Translations under genes and position numbers: made by a program | Shown: in pieces, positions 37,455-52,400 of the stretch | Layout: each line of letters begins with the position of its first letter | Numbering within the stretch: the first letter of the stretch is position 1 | Source: Mizuhopecten yessoensis | Taxonomy: Eukaryota | Direction of reading: 5' to 3' | Length of the DNA stretch: 64,000 nucleotides | Assembly (NCBI RefSeq): GCF_002113885.1 | Contig: NW_018408683.1 | Location: 242,144 to 306,143 of the forward strand | The notes under the pieces: generated by a model | Databases searched by the model: none | What the model saw: the letters and a program-made list of their open reading frames with translations, nothing else | Told to the model about the DNA's origin: nothing

Positions 37455-40400
37455 ATGAAAGGGGTTTACCTCCTACTCGGCATTCTGGCGGTTGGAATAC
37501 CAGGTAAAGAAAATATTTATTATTGCAGGTTCCATTTTTTGCCATATCCCAAATCTTGCTTTTTATACAATGTCATTTTGTTTGAAAGGACCGCTACAGT
37601 TTTGGGCTCTTTGAAAAGAAGAGCAAAACATGTAATCAAAATATCGAGGATCCTTGAAAGTGATAACAAAACTACTTGGCCAATAAAGGAATACTTTCTT
37701 CCTTAACCAACCACTTATCATGTTATTTGGTATTCTATCAAATGTGCACATTTTTATATTCACAACACAATGTAATGTAAAACAAGCCTAGTAACAATCT
37801 CGCATTGTCTGTAACTCGTAATGTGAAAGATCATGAGTTGAGAACATTTTGATATTGTCAGAAGTGTATAATTCATGCAGACATCAGCTACATTAGATTA
37901 TGTTTATTACATTTTTCTTTATAAACACACAGACCTTCGTAAATAGAAAGTCCATCACCCGCCAAAAGCATGGAGTCTATGCTCAAACCAGCTTTCTTGT
38001 AACTCACTTAAATAATGTTAACGACCAAAAATTCAACATGGAAAACAGTATTCGGCTTCAAGTCTCTCCAATATTTTCCCAAAACTTTGACAAAATAATA
38101 TTTTTTGATGTAATTTATCACCGGAACAAGAAATAGTTAAGGTTTGAACACAAAATGCTTGAGCATGAGAACGGTTTCACAAATACGGGCCCGGGTAAGT
38201 TGTTTTACGGCCTGCCAATAAGACCTACCGGCTCGAACAGGGGGCGATTATTATTTTTTTTTTAGTTCATTTGGTAGGGCGTCGGTTTTGTAAACCAGAG
38301 GTCATGGGTTCGATATTAGCGGAGGTATTGACAAAAAATAATGATCTCTATTATAAAGAGTCTATCAAATTTGTAGGTATGGGGAACAGGGAAATCATAT
38401 CCGAGAATGTAGAATTTGAGGTATAACCGCGGTTCAGATCCCTTTCCCGTGGCATGCCAATATAATGTTGACTCTTTTTTCTCACTTCTTACACAGAAAA
38501 TATACTTCAGAGTATCGGTCAATAATAGTAGTAGTAAACGTTTTAATATAATATAGTAATATTGGAATCAGGCATTCTTATCTTTATATCCAGATCGAAT
38601 TAGCATCAATTAGTCCCGAATATGAATAAGTTAGCTGGTTGTTAAAATATTCGCTTTTTCATGCACTCCCTGCTCAAAACTTAGAAAAAAATACGTAGTT
38701 TCCGGCGAACCGGGGTCACCTGCTAGAAACGGCGGAAATGCCTATCTGCCTCTTCGACAGAAAAATGAGGTGATAAAAGGTTGCTTTCAGAAAAACAGCA
38801 TCTATAAAATGGACAAAGTTTCAATAAAATACCAACTACATCACATATGTTTTTTAACTAATTGAACAAATATCCCGTTCGCAATCGGCTGTGTGATTGA
38901 CCGGAAGTGAAGGAAGCGACTAGGCCGATGATGGGGAAGCTGATTTGCTGTTTGTTGTTGGTTGTGAATGTTTCTGTAAGCATTTTGAACGCACTAAAAT
39001 AATATAGACAAATAGTCATATGTATCAAGCGTGTTAAAAACCACGGGGTTTAGTTACAAGTATGCTGCGACCCGTTTTCATACTATAAAGCCTATCGGTA
39101 GCCTAACGAACCTTTCAATCTCATGTGCATGCATGACACTTCAGAAGAGAGAAGTGCGTCATACGGTGGTGGATTTTAACTGTTTTAATATTAGTCTACC
39201 AGAAGGCATCGCCGTTGTCAGAACAATTCAATTTGAAGCCTTACAAAAAGGCTCAAATAGGCCACATTATGTGGAACCAGGTATACCATCTACTGTCCGA
39301 TAAGGGGGATCGTAACGAAGGGAGATAATTGGATAACTAAAAAAACCGCTTGAAATACATTTGTAAGTTAATAAATTAACGTTAGATTTAAAAGGTGCAT
39401 AGAATTATTATTACGGGTAAATTCAAAAGCATTTTTTTGGTTATTAAAACTGAGCTCAAAACGTTTTTCAAATTAATATTTGAAGGACAAAGAAAAGTCT
39501 TTATTTTATTCCAATAAAATCATTTTATTCCAATAAAATGAAAGTCTTCATTTTATTCCGATAAAATGAAGAGAGATTATTTTACGAAGACTTCATAAAC
39601 ATGCTTTCAACCATTATTACGCAGTATTCCATGGGCCATTTCTAGGACCATCCAAAGTTAAGGTCACTAATTGAGTTCAAAGATCAAATAAGATATTTCT
39701 TGTGGAACATAATAGTTTTATCTATCATGCGGTGATGGAATAAATTGAATGAAATAAAAACTTCATATGTAAATAAACCATTAAAAAAGGATATATTATT
39801 TAAGACTTGTAACGTGAGGTCAGCTTATTAATGTGTGGTCAAAGGTAAACATCTTGTTTTTACTTGTGCCCGAATGCATGATATTTTCAAAAAGTATCAC
39901 TTAACTTTATAGCTAAAGGTGATGTGCATTTTCAGAATCAGTAGTTTATAGAACAGGACTAAAACTAATGAAGGTTTTTTGAGGGTAATTTTGGACATGT
40001 GTATTAATCAGAAACACTAGAATATGCCATGTATAATTCTATTAAAGCAAGTTCTTAAGGAAAGCTAACATTTTGAAACCTGTTTCGGGGTTAAATAAAG
40101 CAATAGGCATATTTTGTTCTACTTGTGGTACTTTTAATGAATAAAACTTGTTTTATACAAATCCAGGGGACAGTATGCTGTAAAAAGGTGTATTTAGTTT
40201 TGGGGTTTGATGTTCATAAGACAATTATTCGATAACAAACATAAATGTTCATGACTGTTCTGAGGAAGTTTGCTTTGATGAAAACTTCATAATTGATGTG
40301 ATTGTAGAAAACATGAGCTACTGTATAGATCACTGATTCAAGACTTCACTATGGAACTTTCAATAAATTTTAACTATTTCACAGCTGCAAGAGGCCAGAA

Positions 40401-43400
40401 CCTTAACTGCAATTTTGAACAAAACCTTTGCCAATGGACACAAGCAAGTACTGATAAAACGGACTGGCTCAGGATCAATGGTTCGACACCAACAGGGGCC
40501 ACCGGTCCACAACATGATCACACTACAGGACGTGAGTAGCAAATACAACACCAACAACAGAGTGTTCCTGTGTTTTTGGTGAATGGACCATAACCAGATT
40601 TAAAAACATCACTACATGATTAAACTGATTGCATAATTGGTAATTGGAACAAAATGACAGTGTATACGTACTTCAACTGTGACAATAATCAGCATGCTTC
40701 ATTTTAATCAATAATTGTCACATACTAATTTTAAAATTTAGCAAAAGCACTCTTTGAAAAATAAAAGGTTTTGCAGTTTTACCACTTGCTTAGAACTAAT
40801 CCTAAAACAAAACCCATTTGGGGATATTTTTCTAAATTTTGGAAAAATGAAGGTATTGTTCCATTAAAAGAACCGGTAGTGAAAGTGTCAAGCTATATAC
40901 AGTTATATAAACTTTTTTTATCGGAGTTCATTTGAGTAATTCTTATGAAAGTTTATGTTAAAAAAATAATTTCAATTACTTGTTTGATAAGCCATCTGGA
41001 CAAATGTGCACACTTCCAATTTTCTAGGTTCATGTCCATCTTGAGCTACAGTAAACGTATGGTAATTCATTGATATGAAACAATATCTTTGTAATGATTG
41101 TAAAACTGTGTCCAAGTTACTCAATGGTTCCTTTGTTTCAACTAATTAATACATTTGTATACCAAAAACGATTTACATGATTTTGTTTTTTGCAGATGGA
41201 AGTTATGTGTATTTTGAGACCAATTCAATAGCGGCAGGTTTTAATGCACAGCTGTTGAGTCCCCAGGTGAGGGTGTCAGGCCAAAGTAAAGCCTGCTTGT
41301 CATTCTGGTACTACATGTACGGCCAACATGTCAACAACCTAAATGTGTACCTACAGAAAAACAACAACAACGGTCAACCTGTATGGCATCGCTCTGGTAA
41401 CCAAGGAAACAGGTGGATAAATGGCCTTGTGGACATTCCAGTAAACACAAGGGCCAAGGTGGGTTCTGTGCATCGTTGATGTTACCTAATTAACTTTATA
41501 CATTTTTATAATTTTGAATGAAGGCAAACCTGGACTCAAAAAGAAACCTTGTAGACAAAAATATTGTGATCTCAAACGCTGTATCTGATTAAAGACTAAT
41601 AAAATCTTTTACCTGTAAATGAGCGAGATCGGGTTATCTCAGTCTCTGGTTAAGATTCTGTAACAAAATCCCAACCGAGGCATAAGCCAAGGTTGGGATG
41701 TTACAGAATCTTAGCCAGAGACTGAGATAACCCCATCTTGCTCAGTTACAGGTAATTGATTTTTTCTCTCGAACCTTTAGTTCGAAAAGAACTATTGAAT
41801 TTTGCTAAAAACTACAAGCATCCTGCCTTGGACCTCAAATGATAATGACCTCTTCACTACTAAAGGTACATTTGAATGCTTCCGCGTAAAAATGTAGTCC
41901 GTCCTTACATAGATTACAACGTATTTCACAGTGTAGATTATATTTTATCTACAACATCAAATATCTAACAACATCAAAACTATACATTTAATGACAAAAC
42001 AGAACATTTATAATGCAAATTGTCAATTTCAAGCAGTTAACGCGCGGATGAATACATCGCAGTGTAAAAATTCCGTGAAATGTTCCGTAAAGGTACAAGA
42101 CCGATTGGACGAGATAGAAAATTCTAGCGTGGGGTAAAACGTGGGATATTTCTGTCTGAGGTGCGAGAAAAATAATTGGGAACCATATGTTTGGGCCATA
42201 CTTATATCTCATACACTCCAGTGTAGTATACATTTTTCATATATGACAATATCATATTTATACCTTACAGTAGTATTAATATAATAATTTTCAGTAGTAA
42301 GTGTCATATTAGTACAAATGTCATATTCAGACACACATGATCCATATTAATTTCAGAAAACAAGTATTTACTAGGGGTGAAAAGATATACAGCAATGTCT
42401 ACCTCACGATGCAATACAGATCATGATATGATGCTTATGATATATCATGATATATATGTATATCTGCTTAGATATTCAACTTCATGTTTGAGCAAATATT
42501 TTACAGAATTTAAAATGAAATTAAAAAGTAAAAATCAAAATACATTTTTTGTATGATTTTCAATATTTTTGAATATGACTGCACAGTGGATCATATTTTT
42601 ACTGAAGGATTCCAAGGCAATAAGTACACTTGTTAAAATTTAAATAAAAAATTGGTTGATGATTTCAGTATTGTTAGTGTATTGCGATACAGGCAAGCAA
42701 AACAGTTTGGTACAATACACAAGAAATTATCTCAGTATTATATGATTTCATGAATCGTTTCAGCCTAGTATTTACAGTTCATGGGATATTTAAAGGTAAC
42801 ACCAATCAGTCCTATTTTCCATTATAGCTTCGCCTATATTATCCCAAGTTTTGTGTAAAAATAAGCAAAATAGTTGCAATATTATCCCATTTTTGAAAAG
42901 GCAATATCACTATATGGCATATTTGATATTGCGTTATATAATGGCATAATGTCAGTTTTAATAAGATTGTTATTTTTTTAGGTTTTACGAAGGTAGTGTT
43001 CGGTACATGATAATGAATGATTTTCAGATGCAAGATTGTTGATGTTTAAGGTTGTGTTAGAGGCAGTGCGTGGTAGGGGGTACAAAGGAGACATCGCTCT
43101 GGATGACATCACCTACACTAACAAACCTTGTCCACAGAGTGGTAAGTGAGTGACCTTTTAGGTCACCTGAGACAAAGTCTCAAGTGACCTATTGCGATCG
43201 CCTTTTGTCCGTCGTCGTCCATCGTCCGTTGTCCGTCCATAAACAATTTCAATGAAATTTTGCAGAAACCTTCCATGGCCAAAGGTCAACAAAAATAGTG
43301 GCTGATTTGGTCCCCAGCCCCCAGGGGCCTGAGGGGAGGGGCCAAAAAGGGTCAAATTGACTAAAATTTCAAAAATCTTCTCCTCAAGACCCAGATATGC

Positions 43401-46400
43401 TAGAATCAAATACTCTTCATATATGGAAGGGTCTTAAGGTGCTTTACCAAAATTGTGAATTTCTTGACCCTGGGGTCTCACGTTTCCCCCTCGGGAGGGG
43501 GTAAACTTTATTATAGTTTATATAGGGAAATCACATTTTGGACCAACATTTGTTTAATTTCCATTGGAAGTAATTCAATTTGGGTTAGCATTAAAAGGGT
43601 CGAATTGACTGAAATTCATTATGGCAAATGATACTATGAATATTACATGTTGATAACTTGATTGGAATTATAACCCTGAGTTGACAGTTTGATACTTTGA
43701 ACATTTGGAGCCAGCTCTACCCCCAAGGGTGCCCAAAGGAGTCCGTGTGCTAAAATTTCTTCATTTTCCTTGTTTAGAATCAGAGGTGCTAAATCCAAAT
43801 ACTTTTCAGTCTTAAATCTGTATGCTAGATATATTGAATAAGGTTGTTTTATTGTTTTTTTGTCACTTTGAATAATACTTCAGTTCATGTTTTAAAAACA
43901 AAAATCAACTCTCTGTATAAATATATCAGAACTCGGGTGACCGTAAAGGCCCATGGGCCTCTTGTTTTAAAGAGGCATTCATATTATTTCCATGTTTTGT
44001 GTGTGTCTACCACTCATTAAGTTCTTACTGTAATATTGTAATGGCAAGTGTGTGGTTTAGCTGTGAATAATATGGCCATGCCTGCATAGTGTTTGCATCC
44101 CCACCCCAGTATTCTAAGCCACATTATATTGGGTGGTGGTTGTTTTAGGTGTAAATACCAGCACTAGCATCCCCTGTAACTTTGAGGATGGCCGTATTTG
44201 TGGCTACAAACAGGACCAGACTGACAACATTGACTGGACACGGGCAGCAGGTGCTACACTGACGTCGGGGACTGGACCAAACAGTGACCACACCTATGGT
44301 ACTCAACAAGGTAAGGCCACTTGTTACCTTTTTATGTTAACATAAACCCACTTTGTATTATACACATGATTCACTGTTTCATATAGCTGTTATCTTCATG
44401 GTGATACAAATGTAGTTTTTCCAGAGATGCCCCTTTTATTTAAACAGATATATACTAGTGATTTTCTTTTTTAACATATGACGAGAAACATTATTAGTTT
44501 CTAGCAACATTGATATTAAACAGAGGTGATTTCTGGCAAAAACAACATTAAGCAAAAGTAGTTTTCTTGGGCCAGTACTGAGTTTATTGTGACATAAGAC
44601 TAATTTTCAAATAAACCCATTGTAGATATTGGCCCTCTTTCAACTCCTATTCCTATGGGTGGTACGATGGCTATTTCTCTTACATTACTCTGTAAATGGT
44701 TGTTTGCCAACTAAGCTAAAAACTGAGGATTGCTTCATTTCCAAAGATGAATATATATGTTGTGTTGTATACTTCATCATTAAAGAAAAATACATGCAAA
44801 CACTTTTCTGACCTATCTGCATGCCTACTTATGGGATACGAGTAAATTAACATGATCTCAGATGAGGGAAGTCTTTGAAATATAAGTTATTAACATGAAT
44901 GGAAATATTAATTAACACTTTGGCACTTTATAAATGTTTAATTCAGTTGACTTTTTTGAAGATATTAATAAAGGGGAGGAGGTCCTATTTGTGGTCAAAT
45001 ACTGTAGTACAATAATAGCCAAAGGTTAGTGGTAAATAAATCAGTGTGTCAGGACTCCCTATATGTGCATGTTATTGAGTATACTTTGAGGAACCTTTGC
45101 CACCGTGGAGTTTATATGATTTTATTTGAGGGTCACTGTGTATTATATATTTTTATTTGAGGGTCACTGTGTGTTTTGGTAAATGATTTTCTGAAGGCCA
45201 CTGTGCATTTTATATGATTTTATTTGAGGGTCACTGTGTATATTTGTAAATGATTTTCTGAAGGCCACTGTGTATTTTATATGATTTTATTTGAGGGTCA
45301 CTGTGTATAATTGTAAATGATTTTCTGAAGGCTTCTGTGTATTTTATATGATTTTATTTGAGGGTCACTGTGTATTATATATTTTTATTTGAGGGTCACT
45401 GTGTATATTTGTAAATGATTTTCTGAAGGCCACTGTGTATTTTATATGATTTTATTTGAGGGTCACTGTGTATTGTATATGATTTTCTGAAGGTCAGTTT
45501 TTGCATATTTATTTGAAGGTCACTACATGTACATTGATGCATCAAGTTCTCAGTCTGGTCAGAAGGCTCGCCTCATCAGTCCGTCCAGCAATGGTCAACA
45601 TTCCATGTGTATGACGTTTTACTACAGTATGTATGGAAATGGAGTAGACAGTCTCAATGTGTACGCCAAAGCTGGCAACTCACTTGGGCAGCCGATCTGG
45701 TCCCTCAGTGGTGATCAAGGGGTGGGCTGGTCCATTGCCCAAGTCAGACTCCGCCGGGGAAGTGCCTTCCAGGTATGTTTCAGGGAATTATCAACTATGT
45801 ACATTTTCATTTAGCTGAAATTTTAAGAACAAGATCGTATATCTCACTGCTGAAATTTACTTAATGCACAACCACTAGCAAGATATCTCTCATCAGTGAT
45901 AAATCTTCATACAAGTCCTATACTCATAGAATTTTGATGGGACTTGTAGAATTTCTGGAAATACTTAAAGTTAACATGGTAGGATCCATTGCTTTTAACA
46001 ATGTACATTGATCACTGCATTACAACAGGTTGTGTTTGAAGCAGTGCGAGGCCAAACCTTCAAGGGGGATATTGCTATTGATGATGTTAGTCTGACTCGG
46101 GGAAACTGTCCAGCAATTGGTAAGACAGTACACTATTGTAAAGATTATATAATCAGTTGATCAGACCCATTCTATATCTCATCACACAGAGTACTAAAGT
46201 AAGTTATCTATTTATCTTTGCATTCCGTACAATATTCTTAAAATGATAAACTTAGAACCACATTGGCAGTGATTGACAGAAGAAAAAGGTTAAACCAGTG
46301 ATGTCAGTATTGTTTGGATTGTAACCAGATTGGACACTGTGAGACAAATTGACTTTCCTTTCTATGTATGTCAATTTGTGTCCAATTGCATCATGTTAAC

Positions 46401-49400
46401 ATATTAGAAACTATTGTACTGACAAATTTATTTTACTTGACACAGGGGTATGCAACTTTGACAAAAATTTGTGTGGATGGACTAATGACAAGGAGGACGA
46501 TTTTGATTGGCTGCGTCATAATAGAGGAACAGGTACAAGTCAAACAGGACCCTCAGCGGACCACACTCATAACAACAATCGAGGTAGTGTATAGTCCAAA
46601 GTTTACAACCAGATAAAACAGTTAAACAATTATTACAAGAGTTCTTACTGTGTAAGTGATGTCAGTCCTCATTTCCGTTTTAACGCATCAGTTATCTAAG
46701 AGATCCAATAACAAGTTTTGGGATCTAATGGGATGGGAATCTAAGCTTATATACTACTTTCTACTGTCATTCATGGTCAAAATAAATGCCACCCATAAAT
46801 GACAAATTCCATAAAGTGCATTTAGTGCTTCATGTTAATAACATGTTGAATATATCGGTTATCAGTTGGCATTCATGTTAATTGCGAATGCCGATTATAA
46901 GCAGGTCAGTACTTATTTTAACATAATCATTAACATCTCATTTTCCAAATACATCATGGAAATGAAATTTCATTGATTTGAAGTTCAGCATTAATTCAAA
47001 TCACATTTCTTACCAGAATCTTGTAAACGTGTGTATTATGTACAGTCTACTTGTTCAAAAAATAGAACAGCTATCTTAAGGGAAGGGACTCTTTTGTGTC
47101 CAACTTTAGCGTTGTGATGTCATAGTTAAGATGCTGTTTACTGTTGGACAAACTTACTTTAATAGGGTTGTATACTGTATAGGTGCTCATTTTCGCAATG
47201 GATTTCATTTCACTATATTCGCAATCACCTAAGATAGAAATGAACTTTTCACCCGAATAATAAGATAAAACACCTATTCAGTATAGTATTTTAAATTATT
47301 CTGTTAATTCACTTGTACACTTAATTCTATCACCCAAATACAAAACAAATCCTCATTAATGCCATACTGTTACTTGGCAATGCTGAAGAAGGTACAATCA
47401 AGGTTCAGGTATCTCCTTGCCATGCATTCACCCGGTACTTGAAGCAGGAGTTGGTCACATGCACCACTGTGACAACTGTGAGAGAAAATGCACGGCCAGA
47501 CCAGGGTTTGAACTCGGGACCCTCTCAACTCTAGATGGGTGATCTACCCATTGAACTGCCTAGTCGCTGAGGATCGACCCAGTCAAGTTCCACTACATAT
47601 ATTCACAAAATCTTCAGAAGTATCAGAATTTATCTAAATAGAGAACCATATTTAGCACACAAGTTAATGATTATATTGAACATTTTTTGCTTTAGGTTAC
47701 TACCTATACATTGAGGCCAGTTCACCCAGACGACCTAATGACCGAGCTCGTTTGACTAGTCAGATTTTTCGGAAGTCCAACACCGCAAAATGTTTCCAGT
47801 TTTGGTACAACATGCAGGGGGCCAACATTGGAACACTCACAGTCATCATGAATGTCAACAGCGTGGACAGAACTATCTGGACACTGAGTGGCAGTCAGAC
47901 AGGCAACTGGATATTTGGGAGGGTGCCCATCACCAACAACAAGAACAACTTCAAGGTACATATTCCTACCAGAATGTCACACTTTGTCTGGAGTTATATT
48001 AGTATAATATCCATGTAACAATCCAATGAAGACACCCAAAAATTAACCGATCATCCAATTGTCTTTACATTGTGTGAGTAGAATTGGATAAGACTACATT
48101 TTCAGTTATTCGCTTTATTTATCAACTTTAAGATGAAATACTGTAAAAGTGGGAATGTAGAAATGATTGTGCATTACGCATTGAGTAAATCATTGCAAAA
48201 AAAATATCAAAAAAAAAATCATGCAGACATTAATTAAAAGATGTTATGGATTATAGTTACAAAATATAAATTTCAGAACCATGTGCAATGCAAAAGTTCC
48301 AAAAGTGTGATCTGTATGTATAAACTATCACAATGCAAATATTTTTACAGAATTTTTTTTACAGAAAAAAAACCTTAAGTTTGAAACAGTATAGAGGACG
48401 ACAATCAGAAACTGATCTTTACAACAAAAGGACACAATATGTGCCTTCTTTGGCCTACTGTTTACGCTCATGTCACTTTATAAATAAACTTTTGAACTGT
48501 AGCTGTTGATTTCGTTGTTAACTAAAGTATATGTTGTACAACTGTACCTGGAAACTTTCACCTAGTCATATGTTCATCTTCCACTGGGAAAATCCATACT
48601 TGCCCAGTGTTCATTTTGTCCTTTACATGTAATGACTATATGAGTGGTCGGGTGGTGCAGTGGATAGCGCACTTGCCTTTCACCAAGGCGGCCAGGGTTC
48701 GATTCCCCGATCGGACGTGAAAAGGTTGGGGTCACCTGCCCGACCACGTGGGTTTTCTCCGGGTACTATGGTTTCCTCCCACACTAAGACCCCCCCATGC
48801 GCTAACATCTGGGCCAACAAGAGTGATTAATATAAGTTGAAATAACTTGTTTCATAATTGTTGTTAAATAAATAAAGTTTATAATGACTATATGTAGTGT
48901 GTTGTGTATCAGTATTTGCATTCAGGATAAATTTGCCTTCTACCTCATTAATGGAGGGCAAAAATGGCGAAAGTTAAACTGCTGTGATAATTTCTTAGCA
49001 TACAGTATGTAGTTGTTGATTTAACTGTGATCTATATATAATATTGTTTGATTATAGCTGGCTATTGTTGGTACTCGTGGAAACGGTACAAAAGGGGACA
49101 TTGCCTTGGATGACTTCGCTGTGAGGAATTCTCGTTGCACAAGTAAGATACAAACTGAACAGAATTTTAAGAAAATCTTTGTTTTCTGAAAAGGTCCTTA
49201 TAATTTCAAAGATATTATCCTTTTCAATATGCTAGCAGCAATTTTTAAACTTATTTTTTCTCTGGCAGATTATCAGAGAAAGTTTGTATGTTCAATAAAG
49301 AATTAATAAAAAAAAATGAACATGTGTAGATATGAAAAGAAGTGCATTGATTAGGTTGCCTTACAAGCGTCAGCTGTAGGGAATTTCCCTTTAGCTCAGC

Positions 49401-52400
49401 GGTAGAGCATCGGGCTGGAGAGCCAAGTGTTGCGGGTTAGAGCCCCAGCGCCGACACTATCTTTATCACTATTCCTCGTCCTATTACAGATATACCTTTG
49501 GGTTGCTGCTTATTAAAATTAAATGAAAATAATACAATACATTTCAATATGATTAATCAGATGATATGTATTTGTTTTCATCAGTATCACCCAGCAGTGC
49601 CCAACCTTCGCAAGTCACAACAAAACCGCCAACGACTATAACAACAAAAGTGACAACACCTGGAACAACACCCTCATCAAGTTAGTTTTTATGTTACAAT
49701 AAGGTGAATAATTGTATGACTTAATTCTGTCTTACAATCAGGAGATGGTGGTGTTTGTGCATTCTGTATCAAAATCAGAAGGAAGTGGTGTGTGACTTCA
49801 TTCTGTTTCACCTCACTTGAATGTTGAAGCAGAGCACTGTAACGCCTGACTCCACCTTGTGTATTGGAGAACTGAATAGGAAAACGACAACTGATGTGAG
49901 TGTAACCTTGCTTTCTGTGTGGAAGCTGGCCTCAAGTTTAGCCACTCAGCCTGAATTTTGCACAATCACGAATACATCGATGTGATTTCATTCTGTCCCA
50001 AATCAGGGAAATAGCATTGTTAATTCATTTTGTCTCATTACCACGGTGGTAGCAATATGCGTGTCAAATTTGTGGTGATGGCAATTTGACTTTATTTCGT
50101 CTCATAGTAAGGAAGAGATATGTAAGTGTTTTTTAATTAGATGTTAGGATGAGTGTACTGGAATGAACTTTTCTGTCTGTTTGTCTGTCTGTGGATAAAA
50201 GGTAGTCCAGACAATTTCTACTTAACTGCAACGCTGATTTCAAGAAAACTTTAAATGCATGATCAATACATAATGGACTTGTACAACTAATATTTAATTT
50301 TCAATTTTGACCTTTTCCTCAGTGGTTATTACCCATTTTTTACTTGTATACATTAGTCATTTCAAACCCTGTCCAAACAAATTATCTGACTGACAATAAA
50401 CTTTTTGGCAATTTGTAGGATTCAAGATGGTCACCACAGTCTCTGATTGACTGACTTGAATGTTTTTGGTCAGCTTTGTTGATATTGGTTATTAAGCCTC
50501 TGACTTACAGTTCTAGTTTTAACAAGACTGGTTTTGCAGAAATGTACTTTTTGTTAATATCTTCATGAAAAGTTTGGGTTGAATTCTTAGGTGTTGTCTA
50601 GGTTTCAATGTTAATTTTATGTATAAAGAAGATTCCTGTCTTTAGGAATATGTTTAATGCCTTCTCTGCACACAAAAGGGCACTCAACTCAAATGTACCC
50701 TTTAATGGTAATCAATACATTCGTAGGGAGAACATACATGTAGTACTTATTGAGGCACAGAATACTTCCTTATCATCGTTGTCTGACAAGAACCTTTGAT
50801 GATAACACTGCTGAAAGGTGTACTTGACTTTGAAATTGACATCCTTGGCTTAAAACCATCACATTTACTACAAGATATCTAAACTAGTATTATATTAGGA
50901 AATTAGTTCACAACAATTTGGTTTGAATAATCAAACTGGAACCATTAATTTACAATAATTTAACAATTATGCTTATAGGTACAAACTCAGTCACATGCAA
51001 TTTTGACTATAACTTCTGTGGTTGGACAAATCCTAAGAATGATGATTTTGATTGGACAAGGCAGAGAGGGTCCACTGCAAGCTCCCACACTGGGCCCAGT
51101 ACTGACCATACTTCTGGACGTAAGTTAATCACAGTGTTATCACTAGATGCACATATAACAAAGAATCTTAATTTGGATTTATGGTCACAGCTTTATTGAA
51201 TAGATATGGCGGGCGGTCTGCCAATAGACCATAATGGCACACCATCAATAAATTTTAATTTCAACAACAATTTAATTGATTGATGCTGGGAAACAGTTCT
51301 CAACCAATTAAGCAATACAATTCAAATCAATTAATTATTGAAGAAAAAAAGTATTTAAGCTAGTAAATCTTTGATAAACTTAGCCTGATTTCACTCTGAC
51401 GGCTCTCTTCCAAATTGGTTTTCATTTAACAAGGGAGATAACCCCTTATTACTTCCACCAAGTAGGCTTCAATCATGGTTGCACAACACCAATTCAGCAT
51501 GCGCCCTCTGATAACGGAACTATATGGTGTTTTGCCATAAGTACTATTATATGTGTAGATCAGTCGAGGATTTCATCCTCATGTGTAATTCATCATTTTT
51601 GGTAATAGAAATATCACCATGACAACTTAGGAACCACAATCCTCTGCATACATTCTCTGACTAGATCTGTTGTAGCATTAACAAGTGTGTTACTTTGTCA
51701 TTATTATCTCCGCCAGTATGGTGTCTATATATATGCAGCAGGAAGTAGGAGAAGACCATCCTGGTCTATATAAAGTAATGAGAGTGCTATACTGTCTGAC
51801 CAGATACGATGCAGACCTGTCAAGTTCTTAAAAATTCTGATCTAGGTCATAACTAATAAATAGCAGTAGGTCATAGCACCATCAATGTAGGTCATTGTAT
51901 AAAGTAAAGTTTTGTAATGGATTACATGTGATAAAATTTAGAAATTTTACTTTGTCAACAAATTCAATAAAATCAATTGATTATCATTTCATCAATTTAA
52001 AATGTATTCTGTTTAACCAGAGATTAGTATTATAAACATTTTGATAAATGATACCCTCATTTAGTGAAATCAAGATAATATAGCATAATGCTTCCACCAA
52101 TTTTTTTGTACCTGGTATGATGTGATTGGGTCATTGACATTCTATCAAATGCGGTAAATTTCAATCATTTATAGAAACCCATTTCATTATTTCAAAACTT
52201 CTTTTCTTCACGTTTGTAAATATACATTTGAAAAGGTTTGTTGAATAACTTATTGATAATCCTTGTCAACCAAACGCTTGCTAATCAAGTTACTGATAAT
52301 CTTGTTTAATCAATTGCTTGTATTTAGAGGTATTCCTGGTCAACTACAAACTACTTAATCAATTTGTTGATATGTTTTAGTGTGTCTTAATGTCTATGAA

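Noticed and set aside
49382-49457. tRNA genes (also near 54421-54491, 48643-48715 and 54850-54920)
   Set aside because: Acceptor and anticodon stems pair poorly, and each lies inside an element with TSDs or LTR/SINE structure; they are tRNA-derived, not functional tRNAs.
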